Position numbers and translations under genes: made by a program. A stretch of DNA of 64,000 nucleotides from a virus (lineage: Duplodnaviria > Heunggongvirae > Uroviricota > Caudoviricetes). Below are positions 22,425-31,904 of the stretch, piece by piece (the first letter of the stretch is position 1; each line of letters begins with the position of its first letter). The DNA is taken from the IMG/VR virus record IMGVR_UViG_3300046533_001163, one strand, 5' to 3'. The notes under the pieces are model-generated. The model was not told where the DNA came from and searched no databases. It saw nothing but the letters and a program-made list of their open reading frames with translations.

Positions 22425-22819
22425 GAATGATGAAGGTTGTTAAATTCTTCTTCGGTAATGTGCCTTGTAACTGGATAGGCGTTTACGTAAAGTGGTTGCC
22501 CAAGAAAATTTTGGTAGTAAGATTTATACCCTATGCCATTATAATACCATCGTTGAACACCGCCACACGCAGAAGAATAAATAGCAGGCAAATCATCATC
22601 ACAATGAATTTGGCCTTCTTTGTTAAAATAAGTCTTTTCCACCGAGCATTTTTGCCAAACTACAATTCCATCACGAACGCAATAAGTCATTTCCCCTCTT
22701 TTAAACTTAATAAACTTAGATTTCTTGGCAAGAATCTCTGGCTTACTTTCCGCCTTTGCAAATGGCAAGAAAGAAAGCAATCCAGCAGGAATGAATGCAA
22801 GGAAATTACGTCGCAGCAT
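22421..22819 (-). CDS. Tat-leader HRxDGPA-repeat family protein (single degenerate repeat)
   Basis: MLRRNFLAFIPAGLLSFLPFAKA leader; HCDDDLPAIY...RWYYNG. Confidence 0.65.
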   Translation of the reverse strand: MLRRNFLAFIPAGLLSFLPFAKAESKPEILAKKSKFIKFKRGEMTYCVRDGIVVWQKCSVEKTYFNKEGQIHCDDDLPAIYSSACGGVQRWYYNGIGYKSYYQNFLGQPLYVNAYPVTRHITEEEFNNLHHS

Positions 22820-22841
22820 TTGATTGTTCCTGAAAATTAAC

Positions 22842-22883
22842 GAGATTCATTTTTGCGTAAAGCTTTGTTGCTGTTAGAATCTC
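22842..22883 (-). ncRNA. CAGCAA-loop hairpin element, copy 2
   Basis: GAGATTC-TAACAGCAACAAAGCTTTACGCAAAAAT-GAATCTC; perfect 7-bp stem with compensatory changes; starts 3 nt after the tRNA. Confidence 0.6.
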
Positions 22884-22886
22884 AAA

Positions 22887-22961
22887 TGGCTGTGGTCAGA
22901 TTTGAACTGACGATCTCAAGGTTATGGGCCTCGCGGGGACTCCAGGCTCCCCCACACAGCG
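22887..22961 (-). tRNA. tRNA-Met(CAT), initiator-like, CCA not encoded
   Basis: Full cloverleaf: acceptor G2-G7/C66-C71 with C1xC72 mismatch, D-stem GGGG/CCCC, anticodon stem CGAGG/CCTTG with loop CCCATAA, T-arm GTCAG-TTCAAAT-CTGAC, A73. Confidence 0.88.
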
Positions 22962-22997
22962 GCATGCTTACTTTTTTTCTAAAAAGTAAGAAAAATC

Positions 22998-23046
22998 AAG
23001 ATGCATCTTCTTCACCAATGGAATTTTGGATTGCTGCAAGCACCTT
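22998..23046 (-). ncRNA. CAGCAA-loop hairpin element, copy 3
   Basis: AAGGTGC-TTGCAGCAATCCAAAATTCCATTGGTGAAGAAGAT-GCATCTT; 7-bp stem with one G.U. Confidence 0.65.
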
Positions 23047-23087
23047 TGTGAACACATATATAGCAAAAAAGTAGAAAAAAGTCAAGA

Positions 23088-23660
23088 CTAAATCGGCGGT
23101 CCAGAATTAGCGTAATAGTAACTCAAAGCCGCTTGGTAAGTAGTGCTCGCATCTTGATAGCGGGCCTGAGCCGTATCATAATCTGGTACAGCGGTGACGG
23201 TCCATAGGTCGGTGGCATTGTTAAAGTAAATTACTGCATCAGCATACTGAGGAGTATTCGGATACTGCGGAAACCACAGTCCATTACCGGCAATATAATT
23301 TCCATCGCCACGTAATTTATAATACTCTCCGAGATCCCAAAAAGTATCTCCGGTTTGAAAATATCCGTTGCCACTAGCGATTAAGTTATTATAAGTAGCC
23401 TTCATATCATCCGACCATCTAGTCGGGGCCGATGGCAATGCTGCCTTATCATTCAAGGCGTCTTGCCAGGCATAACCAGCCTCGCCTCTCGCTGCTGCAA
23501 CTGCCATTGATGCATTATTTGCAGCAGACAATGCCTGAGTTTGGGCTGTGGTCGGTTGATTCGGTTGCCCGCCACCCGGAGGACCGCCGCCATACTGAGC
23601 AAATGCGCTTGTCTGAGCCAACATCAAAACAACAAACGCCATCAGTTTTGTTTTCATCAT
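23088..23660 (-). CDS. Secreted Ala/Tyr/Gly-rich helical protein, paralog 1 (start re-called at 23660)
   Basis: Sec-type signal MMKTKLMAFVVLMLAQTSAFA, SD AAGGA; the track's longer start runs through hairpin copy 4. Confidence 0.65.
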   Translation of the reverse strand: MMKTKLMAFVVLMLAQTSAFAQYGGGPPGGGQPNQPTTAQTQALSAANNASMAVAAARGEAGYAWQDALNDKAALPSAPTRWSDDMKATYNNLIASGNGYFQTGDTFWDLGEYYKLRGDGNYIAGNGLWFPQYPNTPQYADAVIYFNNATDLWTVTAVPDYDTAQARYQDASTTYQAALSYYYANSGPPI

Positions 23661-23686
23661 TTTCCTTCTCAGGTTAGAATTTAAAA

Positions 23687-23755
23687 TAAAAAACAAAAGA
23701 CGCATCCTCTTCGCCAATGGAATTTTGGATTGCTGTAAGCATCTTTTGTTTTTTA
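23687..23755 (-). ncRNA. CAGCAA-loop hairpin element, copy 4
   Basis: TAAAAAACAAAAGATGC-TTACAGCAATCCAAAATTCCATTGGCGAAGAGGAT-GCGTCTTTTGTTTTTTA; 17-bp stem with one U.G. Confidence 0.7.
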
Positions 23756-23780
23756 GAAAATCATTTCAAATCTACGGCGA

Positions 23781-24302
23781 TTAGTTATAGCTATAAAAGT
23801 ACCAAGCGTACCAGTATGCCATATATGCGCTGGTATAATTGCCTTTAGCTGCTTGCCAGTAGCTTTTAGCATTATTGGTATTATTAACGAAATACCCACT
23901 GGCCAAATTAGCGTCCGCTTTACACGCCGCCCAAAGCTGGAAGTTATACTCGCTAACGGCTTGGTTGTACCAAGTAAGACCTGAATCGTACTCCGTTCCT
24001 GCATCTACATCATTAAAAACGCCGTCTACAACCAGAGAATCTCCCGTAGCGATATACCCGTTATAGGCATCAATTTGCCACTGCTGCCAACCACTTTTAA
24101 TTCCCGGAAGACCAGCCTTAAATTCGGTAGCTGCTGTGGCTTCGGCGGCGGAATCAGCCTCGGCCGTTTCGGCTTGTCCCTTCAAAATTTCAGCGGTAGT
24201 TTTTGCAACACCAGCATCGTACTGGTCATCCGCTACTACATAACTACACATTCCCAACGCCAAGACTAACGTTGCCAAAACTCCAGCCATTTTGTTCATC
24301 AT
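23781..24302 (-). CDS. Secreted Ala/Tyr/Gly-rich helical protein, paralog 2 (start re-called at 24302)
   Basis: Signal MMNKMAGVLATLVLALGMCSYVVA, SD AAGGAG; W...YN..IA.G...GD pattern shared with paralog 1. Confidence 0.65.
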   Translation of the reverse strand: MMNKMAGVLATLVLALGMCSYVVADDQYDAGVAKTTAEILKGQAETAEADSAAEATAATEFKAGLPGIKSGWQQWQIDAYNGYIATGDSLVVDGVFNDVDAGTEYDSGLTWYNQAVSEYNFQLWAACKADANLASGYFVNNTNNAKSYWQAAKGNYTSAYMAYWYAWYFYSYN

Positions 24303-24691
24303 CTCAATTCTCCTTGTGAAGTGGGTAAAATTTACGACCGTTTTTATAACAAAAAAGTAATCGGCTGTCAATAAGTCTAGGCAGATTTCTTGGCAGGACT
24401 TGAATCGTGCCATTTTATGATGGCTTTGACAGCAGCATTAATCATATCTTTTTTACTACTAAAATCTTTTTCCCAAAACATTCCGATGAAAAGTTTCCCG
24501 GGGGAATTCTTTTGAATTACATAGGCATTAAACGGGTTGACATCTGCTTTGAGCGATTCATGCTCAATGCTACCGATCAAAACGCTGTCGCGGTAAACCT
24601 GTTCAATATAAGATGTGCCTTCTTGCGTCCCTTGAACATTAACGGCTGGCATGGCGTTTTCCTTTGAGGAAAGATGGTTTTCTAACTCGCT

Positions 24692-24704
24692 TATGGATAA
24701 CTAA
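24692..24704 (-). promoter_or_regulatory. TTAGTTATCCATA motif copy
   Basis: Exact copy, 39 nt before ATG at 24652. Confidence 0.75.
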
Positions 24705-24707
24705 ATT

Positions 24708-25310
24708 TTAAACAAAACCTCGCGCCTTGCACGGTGCAATCAATTCGCGAAATGATTCAAGATCACACACAAAAAACCTATGACCTTTATAAAACCACTG
24801 TGTAAACGCCGGAAACTTATCGTCTTCTATTGCAGGCCCATCTTCACGATGTCTGTTGCCATTGAAATACCATTCTCTTACTCCACATGGGTCAACAATC
24901 GCTGGCCCATCTTCACGATGACATATGCCATTTTTGAGCCACTCTTTCCTGCCGTCAGAATGAATAACGGCCGGGCCATTATCTCGGTGGCACACTCCAT
25001 TTTTAAACCATGAACAATAACCGTCACGCCTCATTATTGCAGGCAAATCACCGTCTCTGTGAATTTGTCCTTTTTTATTATAAAAAGTAATTTCGCCCCT
25101 AACGGTGCTTTCTATGGTCTTATAAACCACTCCATCTACCGCACATAAAATTAAATCGCCAAGCATAACTGAATCTGGAATAGCAGAAACAGCATCAAGC
25201 GCAACATTCATTTCGCCAAATTCAACGTGAGCATCTTCTGCCTTAACCTTAAAAGACAGCATGCCAATCAACGCCGAGGGTATAAAGGAAAGTAGAGTTC
25301 TTCTCTTCAT
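24708..25310 (-). CDS. Tat-leader HRxDGPA-repeat protein
   Basis: MKRRTLLSFIPSALIGMLSFKVKA; 4 repeats HRDGDLPA/HRDNGPA/HREDGPA/HREDGPA. Confidence 0.75.
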   Translation of the reverse strand: MKRRTLLSFIPSALIGMLSFKVKAEDAHVEFGEMNVALDAVSAIPDSVMLGDLILCAVDGVVYKTIESTVRGEITFYNKKGQIHRDGDLPAIMRRDGYCSWFKNGVCHRDNGPAVIHSDGRKEWLKNGICHREDGPAIVDPCGVREWYFNGNRHREDGPAIEDDKFPAFTQWFYKGHRFFVCDLESFRELIAPCKARGFV

Positions 25311-25686
25311 GATTTTGCTCCTTATGCCACTTCGGCAGATTTTTTGACGATCTTGTTCTTGCGACCAGACTGCTTGAAACTCTTGGACGCCTTCAACTGT
25401 TTTTCAAGTTGCTTGGCAAAAGCAAATACAGACGGAGGCAACTTGCCGCCTACCGTACTATTCGGATCGTCATAGCCGTCAAAGGCTATGCTCATTAATT
25501 CCAGCGCTTCTGGATGATCGGCCAAATCAAGAATTAAATTTGTAAGTAATTCTGCTTGTTCAGAATTCATTACACAGGTAATGTCAAAGCCAACGCTTAC
25601 GTTAAATGCAGGAGTTCTCATTTTCTATCCTCTAGTTGCCTTATGAAGTTTGCGTGAAGTTATGTTAAGATGGGTTATATAAGCAC

Positions 25687-25699
25687 TATGGATAACTAA
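25687..25699 (-). promoter_or_regulatory. TTAGTTATCCATA motif copy
   Basis: Exact copy, 65 nt before ATG at 25621. Confidence 0.7.
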
Positions 25700-25737
25700 G
25701 AAAATTGATGCATCATAGATGCGACAATTGCTTCATG

Positions 25738-26364
25738 TTACTTAACATCTTGCAAATAACGCTGAGTTTCAGCATCAATTCTTCCTTGTCTTGGAGTATT
25801 ATCTTTATGATCCCATAACCATTTATGAGCAGGAATTCTAAAATCATACTGTTCTTCATTTATTCCATATCCATAAAGATACCATGCCCGCCAGCCGGTT
25901 GTTGGGCTTGTAATGGCCGGGCCATCTTCACGATGACGCTCGCCGTTCTGATACCAAAATTCATCGCCACAGCTATAATAATGAGCGGGTCCACCATCAC
26001 GATGCCTCTCGCCATTTTTATACCACACAAACTCGCCCCATCCAAATTCAATAGCCGGACCATCTTCCCTGTGTCGTATTCCGTTAATAAACCATTCTTT
26101 GCTACCTTGCCAACCCTCTACCGCCGGACCATCATTTCTGTGAAGTTCTCCGGAAGAATTATAGTAACGCTTTGTACCGTAACGGTCAGTGCGACAACCA
26201 CTCCCCCATCCAGGTGGTATTTCAGAATGAGTTAATTTAATAACGAAATTATCCGCCTTAGTAATTGATTCCGGCGCAACTTCAGTTGCTTTAGTTTCTT
26301 TCACAGAGAAGAAACCGGCAAACAGGCCAGCAGGAATTAATCCAAGGAAATTTCTACGCTTCAT
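25738..26364 (-). CDS. Tat-leader HRxDGPA-repeat protein
   Basis: MKRRNFLGLIPAGLFAGFFSVKETKA; 4 repeats. Confidence 0.75.
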   Translation of the reverse strand: MKRRNFLGLIPAGLFAGFFSVKETKATEVAPESITKADNFVIKLTHSEIPPGWGSGCRTDRYGTKRYYNSSGELHRNDGPAVEGWQGSKEWFINGIRHREDGPAIEFGWGEFVWYKNGERHRDGGPAHYYSCGDEFWYQNGERHREDGPAITSPTTGWRAWYLYGYGINEEQYDFRIPAHKWLWDHKDNTPRQGRIDAETQRYLQDVK

Positions 26365-26847
26365 TTTAGCACCAAAGCCAGGTCAAATGTCCGAAATCAA
26401 CTACTGGATCGGCTCCAGCTTCTTGTAGTTTTTTAATATCGTCCGCAAATGTAGCTCTAAAAATTTCAATTTCATCTGTCATATTAATGTCTGTCAAAGA
26501 CTTGTATTTGATATCATAATTTCCAACATTACGAGCACTCCATGCATTCTTTTTATTGTAAAGAGCAAAAGATACCTTATTGCGATTATCTTCTACAAAA
26601 TAGAATTTATCTACTCCTAGCAATTCATTAAAATTAATAAGCACCATTTCTTCAACGGCAATAGCAATAATTAAACTACCGCAACTCCGACAAAATTTAC
26701 CAACATCTTCTCCCCAATGATGAAGAGATGGTTGTTTTTTATACTTATCGCACACTGCATTATTACAAGCATTAATTTGCCTTAGTGATGGACGCACCAC
26801 CTGTTTAAGCTTAATATATGGACCAACGTATGAAAAGTAATCAGCGC

Positions 26848-27234
26848 TCATTTCATCTCCTTCAGTTTTTCTGCTGCCGCTTGATCAAATGAATAATAAT
26901 TACAAGTTAATTCTTCTCCTGCCTTGATATCTCTTGCAGCAATTCCTAGTATGGAATCAAACGAATAAAGAATATTAGGATCATCTGAATGATTGCAGAA
27001 CTTATCATTATCTCCCGGAAGATAATAAACGTCATCATGTAAAAATGCATATGCTCTTACATGATCCGAAGCCGCAGGCGGGACAAACTCCGTATCCAAC
27101 TCAATTTTAGGAATCATATTATCAAACTTAGTATCTAATTTAGATACAACTGTATCCTTAGGAATATCATGAACCGCAAACAATCCAAGTCCATGAATTT
27201 TGGATGCGGCTATATGCGTATCAACTAACAGCAT
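26848..27234 (-). CDS. SET-domain protein (putative lysine methyltransferase)
   Basis: SKIHGLGLFA..DI; FCNHSDDPN; AARDIKAGEELTCNY. Confidence 0.88.
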   Translation of the reverse strand: MLLVDTHIAASKIHGLGLFAVHDIPKDTVVSKLDTKFDNMIPKIELDTEFVPPAASDHVRAYAFLHDDVYYLPGDNDKFCNHSDDPNILYSFDSILGIAARDIKAGEELTCNYYSFDQAAAEKLKEMK

Positions 27235-27745
27235 TATTGTAATTCCTTTTTAAGGAGTTCGGCAACATCATATAAATCAGGTATTTCCATGCCGTCTTTT
27301 ACCTGAACCGTATGTACTGCGATATAATAATTAACATTTTGAGTGTACCAGATATTATGGTCTGGACTTTCAGCTTCCATTAAATGTTCGTCTGATAACT
27401 CTACGCCAGTATTCTCTTTAATAAATGCAAAAGCATCTTTTAATTTAATAAAGAATCTAATGGCATGACCTTCAACCCCGTTGATCGTCCGTGGTGAATA
27501 CAATGCGCCATAAATATTCATGGTGATTTCGCCTTTACTTCTTTTGCCTGTACTTCGGCCCAATACATCTGACTATTAGTGCTCCAAGACTTTAGCTCAG
27601 AACTACTTGAATTTATATCATACGATGAAATATCAACATCTGTATTTTGATTTATAAAATCCAAAGCATCCTGCAAATCTTCAAACAACCCTGTATCCAT
27701 TGGACCATCATGAATCTGACCATATTGGGCCATAAGAACAATCAT
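27234..27745 (-). CDS. Two tandem paralogous hypothetical proteins (27518-27745 and about 27234-27521)
   Basis: LFEDLQDALDFINQNTDV resembles FFIKLKDAFAFIKENTGV. Confidence 0.45.
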
Positions 27746-28148
27746 GGAACACTTTCAAAGTAAGTGGGGTTAATCGGATGATATGAAGTAACCAGTCGTC
27801 TTAAGTTTCTTAAAATACGATCTATGTCGGGCTGGGAGCCGCCGGCTTTTTGTATGTTTGCTCCGATGATATCTGTTATCTGATCGATACTAAAGCCATA
27901 ACTGTACAAAATCCGGCAGTCGCTCTCAACATTTGCCAAAAAACGCTTAGTCTTGCGTTCGTCAAGTTTGTTTTTAATCCAAGAAATCATCTATTTATTT
28001 CCGTGTTATTGCCAATGCTAGTGCTATGAACACTCCAAGTCCAGCGCCCCAATATGCCATTCCAAATAAATCGCCAAATACACTAAACATAGAAACACAT
28101 CCCAGTAAAACTGCTAAATTTACAATTAATTTGTCGTCGTTGCTCATT

Positions 28149-28472
28149 TTAGAAATCCGTAGGGATAGTAGAAATACTTGCTAGCCTATTCTCAATATCT
28201 GCTAGTAGATGTTTTTTGAATACCTTAACAATTTGAAGAAAATCACTTTTATTAAACTGTTGAGCTACATTAACTTTCTGTCCATGTAGCGTATTTCCAT
28301 TATTAACAAAATATAAATACCAATACATTGCAGAAGTAGGCTTGTATATTTTAAAACTTTTGCACACGCTAGAATACATTGCGCATGCGGTAGACGAAAT
28401 CTTTGCAGTTTCGTCTACCTCAAACCCAACGCTTTTTAAAAATTCAATTTCATTTTCCATAAAACCCTTCAA
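28149..28472 (-). CDS. Small paralog family A member
   Basis: MENEIEFLKSVGF...IPTDF. Confidence 0.55.
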   Translation of the reverse strand: MKGFMENEIEFLKSVGFEVDETAKISSTACAMYSSVCKSFKIYKPTSAMYWYLYFVNNGNTLHGQKVNVAQQFNKSDFLQIVKVFKKHLLADIENRLASISTIPTDF

Positions 28473-28758
28473 TCGTCAAACTTAATAAGGTAATCGCCGG
28501 CCTTCAGCTTACCTCTGAAACACAGGTCGTTCAACAAGTCCTCAAAAATATCACGAACATTATCCATTTCTTCGCCCTTTGCCTGAAGCTCAGCCACAAT
28601 AGCATCGTCTAATTTCTCTGACGAAACAGACTCCTCTATCATGTTATCGTCTTGCATAATCATATATGGAATATTAAAATCTACTCCATAAACTTCTTCA
28701 AAAAGTCTGCTCAAATTACAGGCATCGTATCTGATGAGCTTGGCCATTTTGGGTTCCT

Positions 28759-29061
28759 TTATCTTGGGATTAGAGTAATCAGACCGATTAAATCATCAGT
28801 AAATTCTAACAAATCAATAATTATTTGTTTAACGATTGGGGAAAATTCATTTCTTAAACTGGCAATCGGCAACTCACGCTTGAAATCTCTCATAAGTGCT
28901 GCATGTTTAAACCGCAAAACCCATCTATGATAGCTGCCGTCATCCAACTTCCAAGTATGGATGTTTATATTTTTACATGCTCCACTCTGAAAAGACTCAA
29001 ATATTCCCTCGGAATTATCAACCATCCCAATTTCTTTTAAATATAAAATGTCGTCTTCCAT
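28759..29061 (-). CDS. Small paralog family A member
   Basis: MEDDILYLKEIGM...LIPR. Confidence 0.55.
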   Translation of the reverse strand: MEDDILYLKEIGMVDNSEGIFESFQSGACKNINIHTWKLDDGSYHRWVLRFKHAALMRDFKRELPIASLRNEFSPIVKQIIIDLLEFTDDLIGLITLIPR

Positions 29062-29064
29062 GAG

Positions 29065-29886
29065 TCAAACCTTATGCACTTTATTTTCGTATAGGTAGTA
29101 TACAGGAACTGGGAACTTCTGTCTAGACAGAAATTGATGAATTTCGTCCAAAGCATACCTGATTGAAATATGGTACAGGAACAAAGCATCAATCCTTTTA
29201 TTTTTAATAACTTCCATTACACCATCAAAAGACGAATGAACATCGTATTTGATATCGTTTTTGTTTAAAAACGTACATTCATGGCAGAAAATACCACCGT
29301 CATACTCACCGTACTTGTCCAACGGAACCGTATCGCCTGAATACGTAAGCAATCCATGCTTGTAATCATTCGTAATCGGCGTTCCAGACTGCTTAAGTCT
29401 AATGATTTCGTCTACAGGAGCACAGCTATATTCTTCCTTTAACTTTCTGCGAACCTCGAATAACTGAAATCCAAGCGTAAGCGCGCCTTCAATATGCCTG
29501 CCTGGGAAACAATATACATATAGGTTTCTTCCTACTTCAACAACCTGATGTGCATCTACGGCAATCCACTCAATCTGGAATTGCGTATTATTGATTTCCT
29601 GCTCAAGATAAACCTTCATCTTAATAACACCCAAACTGCCCTTGGGATAAATAATTCTAAGAGGCTTATTGTTGTGGCCCTTACCAAATTCTCTTGCGTG
29701 AAAGAAACTTGGAAGACCAGATATATGATCTAAGTGACCATGAGACAGCAGAATCGTTTCAACAGCGAAAATGCGTTCTTTAAGATTAAATGCGCACCCT
29801 TCGCCGCAATCAAAGAGGATACGGCTTGGCTGATGAAAAAGCCACGTAGCATAGCCAGCCAATGAGCAACCTTCAAGATTCAGCAT
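29065..29886 (-). CDS. rnz: RNase Z-like metallo-beta-lactamase (tRNA 3' endonuclease, short form)
   Basis: LFDCGEG, LSHGHLDHISG (HxHxDH), YSGDT, HECTF, H, LYHIS.RY. Confidence 0.82.
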   Translation of the reverse strand: MLNLEGCSLAGYATWLFHQPSRILFDCGEGCAFNLKERIFAVETILLSHGHLDHISGLPSFFHAREFGKGHNNKPLRIIYPKGSLGVIKMKVYLEQEINNTQFQIEWIAVDAHQVVEVGRNLYVYCFPGRHIEGALTLGFQLFEVRRKLKEEYSCAPVDEIIRLKQSGTPITNDYKHGLLTYSGDTVPLDKYGEYDGGIFCHECTFLNKNDIKYDVHSSFDGVMEVIKNKRIDALFLYHISIRYALDEIHQFLSRQKFPVPVYYLYENKVHKV

Positions 29887-30833
29887 TTGTTTTTATGGAT
29901 AACTATTTTGTTAGTTTTTAAATCCATGCTCATTAAGGATGTGCATGGACCAACTATTTTCACTTTAGGATTATATACAATGCCTTTGCATTGTGTATAT
30001 AAAAGCTTATCGTTCTCCCAATATTCCTTAACACCATTACTCCACTCTACTGCCGGACCACCCACTCTATGCTGCAATCCATGTTTATGCCATGCCTTAT
30101 ATCCGCCCCTCATAATTACGGCAGGGCCGTCTTCTCGGTGTAAATTACCATGAAAATACCATTCTTTCGTTCCATTGGTGTATTCGCAAGCCGGACCGGC
30201 TGCTCTATGTGGTTTATTATTAAAATACCAAATATTAGTTCCGTTTTCTTCCTCAATCGCCGGACCATCCTCACGATGAAGCATTCCGAGCTGCATCCAC
30301 CTTTTTTGTCCGGATGCATATATTATGGCTGGACCTCCTATCCGATGACACTGCCCATGATTCATCCAAGTAGTAGAAGATGGATTGATACGAGCAGGCC
30401 CATCTTCCCGATGGTATCTGCCATCTTCATCAAACCAAGACTCTTCATCATAATGTCCGCTTAACTTAAAATACCTTTTCTTTCCATTTATAAAACCGAT
30501 TTTAATATCTTGACGACTTGAATCAGAATATTCTACATACTCCATATATTCTTTTTGTTCAGGCAATCCAAGCTTCTCTACATTAATGCCGCAAGTATAG
30601 ATGAAATTTATAAGTTTATTTCTAAAGAAAGCCGAATCCTTAATATCAAACTGTTCTTCGGCAGATTTCATAAACTCTTCATCGCACTCCTGTTTTTGAG
30701 TAAAAGCATAAACATTCTTAATATAAGAAATATAAAGCTTATCCTTCTTCGTGAAAGATTCCTTATCCACTCCTGTAGAAAGGAATGAAAGAAAGCCGGT
30801 CGGCAACAGTGAGAGGAAACTTCTTCGTAGCAT
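29880..30833 (-). CDS. Tat-leader HRxDGPA-repeat protein (start re-called at MLRRSFL)
   Basis: MLRRSFLSLLPTGFLSFL; 6 repeats (HREDGPA, HRIGGPA, HREDGPA, HRAAGPA, HREDGPA, HRVGGPA). Confidence 0.78.
   Translation of the reverse strand: MLRRSFLSLLPTGFLSFLSTGVDKESFTKKDKLYISYIKNVYAFTQKQECDEEFMKSAEEQFDIKDSAFFRNKLINFIYTCGINVEKLGLPEQKEYMEYVEYSDSSRQDIKIGFINGKKRYFKLSGHYDEESWFDEDGRYHREDGPARINPSSTTWMNHGQCHRIGGPAIIYASGQKRWMQLGMLHREDGPAIEEENGTNIWYFNNKPHRAAGPACEYTNGTKEWYFHGNLHREDGPAVIMRGGYKAWHKHGLQHRVGGPAVEWSNGVKEYWENDKLLYTQCKGIVYNPKVKIVGPCTSLMSMDLKTNKIVIHKNKC
29894..29906 (-). promoter_or_regulatory. ATAGTTATCCATA motif copy
   Basis: Within the 3' end of the upstream gene, 7 nt before the RNase Z ATG. 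Confidence 0.7.
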
Positions 30834-31004
30834 GATTAGCCTTTGTCTAGAATCCCGCAAGCATTAGATTCATAACCACAACATAAAAATCATTGTTAGC
30901 AGGTTGACAATCTGGATTGTCCGGACGAGCAAATGGATTATCCCAATCGCGCACGATCAATGTGCAGTCTGCACCAGTAATCGGTTCGCCAAAAAGTATG
31001 ATGC

Positions 31005-31904
31005 TCATGCGGGGACTTCGCTGGTTTTTCTTTTTAACAAAGCATGAAACAAAAAAGCCGTCCTATTACTAATAGACTTTCTTGCTTCCTTGCTCATAAC
31101 AATTTCGCCTTCGGCCTCCCTGGATACATCTTCCAACATAGCTTTGACTACATCTGCTGTTCCAGAAACCCCTATATCCTGGGGCAGCTTATCAAGCACA
31201 TGACGCAATCTTTCCTCTACTACCCATTCTTCCGCTATAGCTCTTGCGTCATCAAGAACTTGAACATCGGCATCATTTACTTCACGAGGAGTTTTAGTTT
31301 CCATAAACTCTTTGCGCTTATGCTTACAAATAATTCTACCGCCATTATTAAGAGTGCATTCCACGATGGGTCGTAAGACAACTCCCTCTCTGATATGATT
31401 GTCTCCCATGCCATTTTTAATAGCCTGAGTAGACGGCCTATCGCGTTCCGCGTCTATAGCTTCAAGAGTAGCCGGAATCTTCGCATAATCAACAAAATCT
31501 AATCCTAGTTTGCTACAAACATCATGAGCGTTAACAACAGACAGCCAAACTTCATCGTGTTGGCCATCGGCAGTGAAGGAAACCTTAACGTCAAATCCAG
31601 CAAACCTAAGATGCGGCCCATACCAAGCAGACATGCCCATCAGCTTTCCGCCATATGCTTCCCCAAAAACAGTACAGTCTCGGTCGGGAAACATTTCCAA
31701 AAACTTAGCGAGCAAGGTTGGCTGGTCAAATAATTTTAAGAAATTAACATGATTCGCACCACCAGAAGAAAAATGAATTTTCTTTTCAGCGAATTTCCAA
31801 GATAAATGACTCGAAGTCCCGTGAATTTTTTCGAGTGAAAATAATTCCTTAAACATAAGGACGGTTGTGTCCTTATAAAGGTTAGAAATATGCATGAACC
31901 CCAT
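31005..31904 (-). CDS. RNA ligase, Rnl2 family
   Basis: LEKIHGTSS (motif I), VFGEAYG, GFDVKV, REGVVLRP, CKHKRKEF, plus a C-terminal helical domain. Confidence 0.85.
   Translation of the reverse strand: MGFMHISNLYKDTTVLMFKELFSLEKIHGTSSHLSWKFAEKKIHFSSGGANHVNFLKLFDQPTLLAKFLEMFPDRDCTVFGEAYGGKLMGMSAWYGPHLRFAGFDVKVSFTADGQHDEVWLSVVNAHDVCSKLGLDFVDYAKIPATLEAIDAERDRPSTQAIKNGMGDNHIREGVVLRPIVECTLNNGGRIICKHKRKEFMETKTPREVNDADVQVLDDARAIAEEWVVEERLRHVLDKLPQDIGVSGTADVVKAMLEDVSREAEGEIVMSKEARKSISNRTAFLFHALLKRKTSEVPA

Noticed and set aside
20659-23755. CRISPR array interpretation of the repeated hairpins
   Set aside because: The copies are separated by whole genes or a tRNA, are not identical direct repeats with constant-length spacers, and there are no cas genes.
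25705-25737. GATGCATC palindrome resembling the hairpin stem
   Set aside because: It lacks the RCAGCAA loop and the flanking stem pair.
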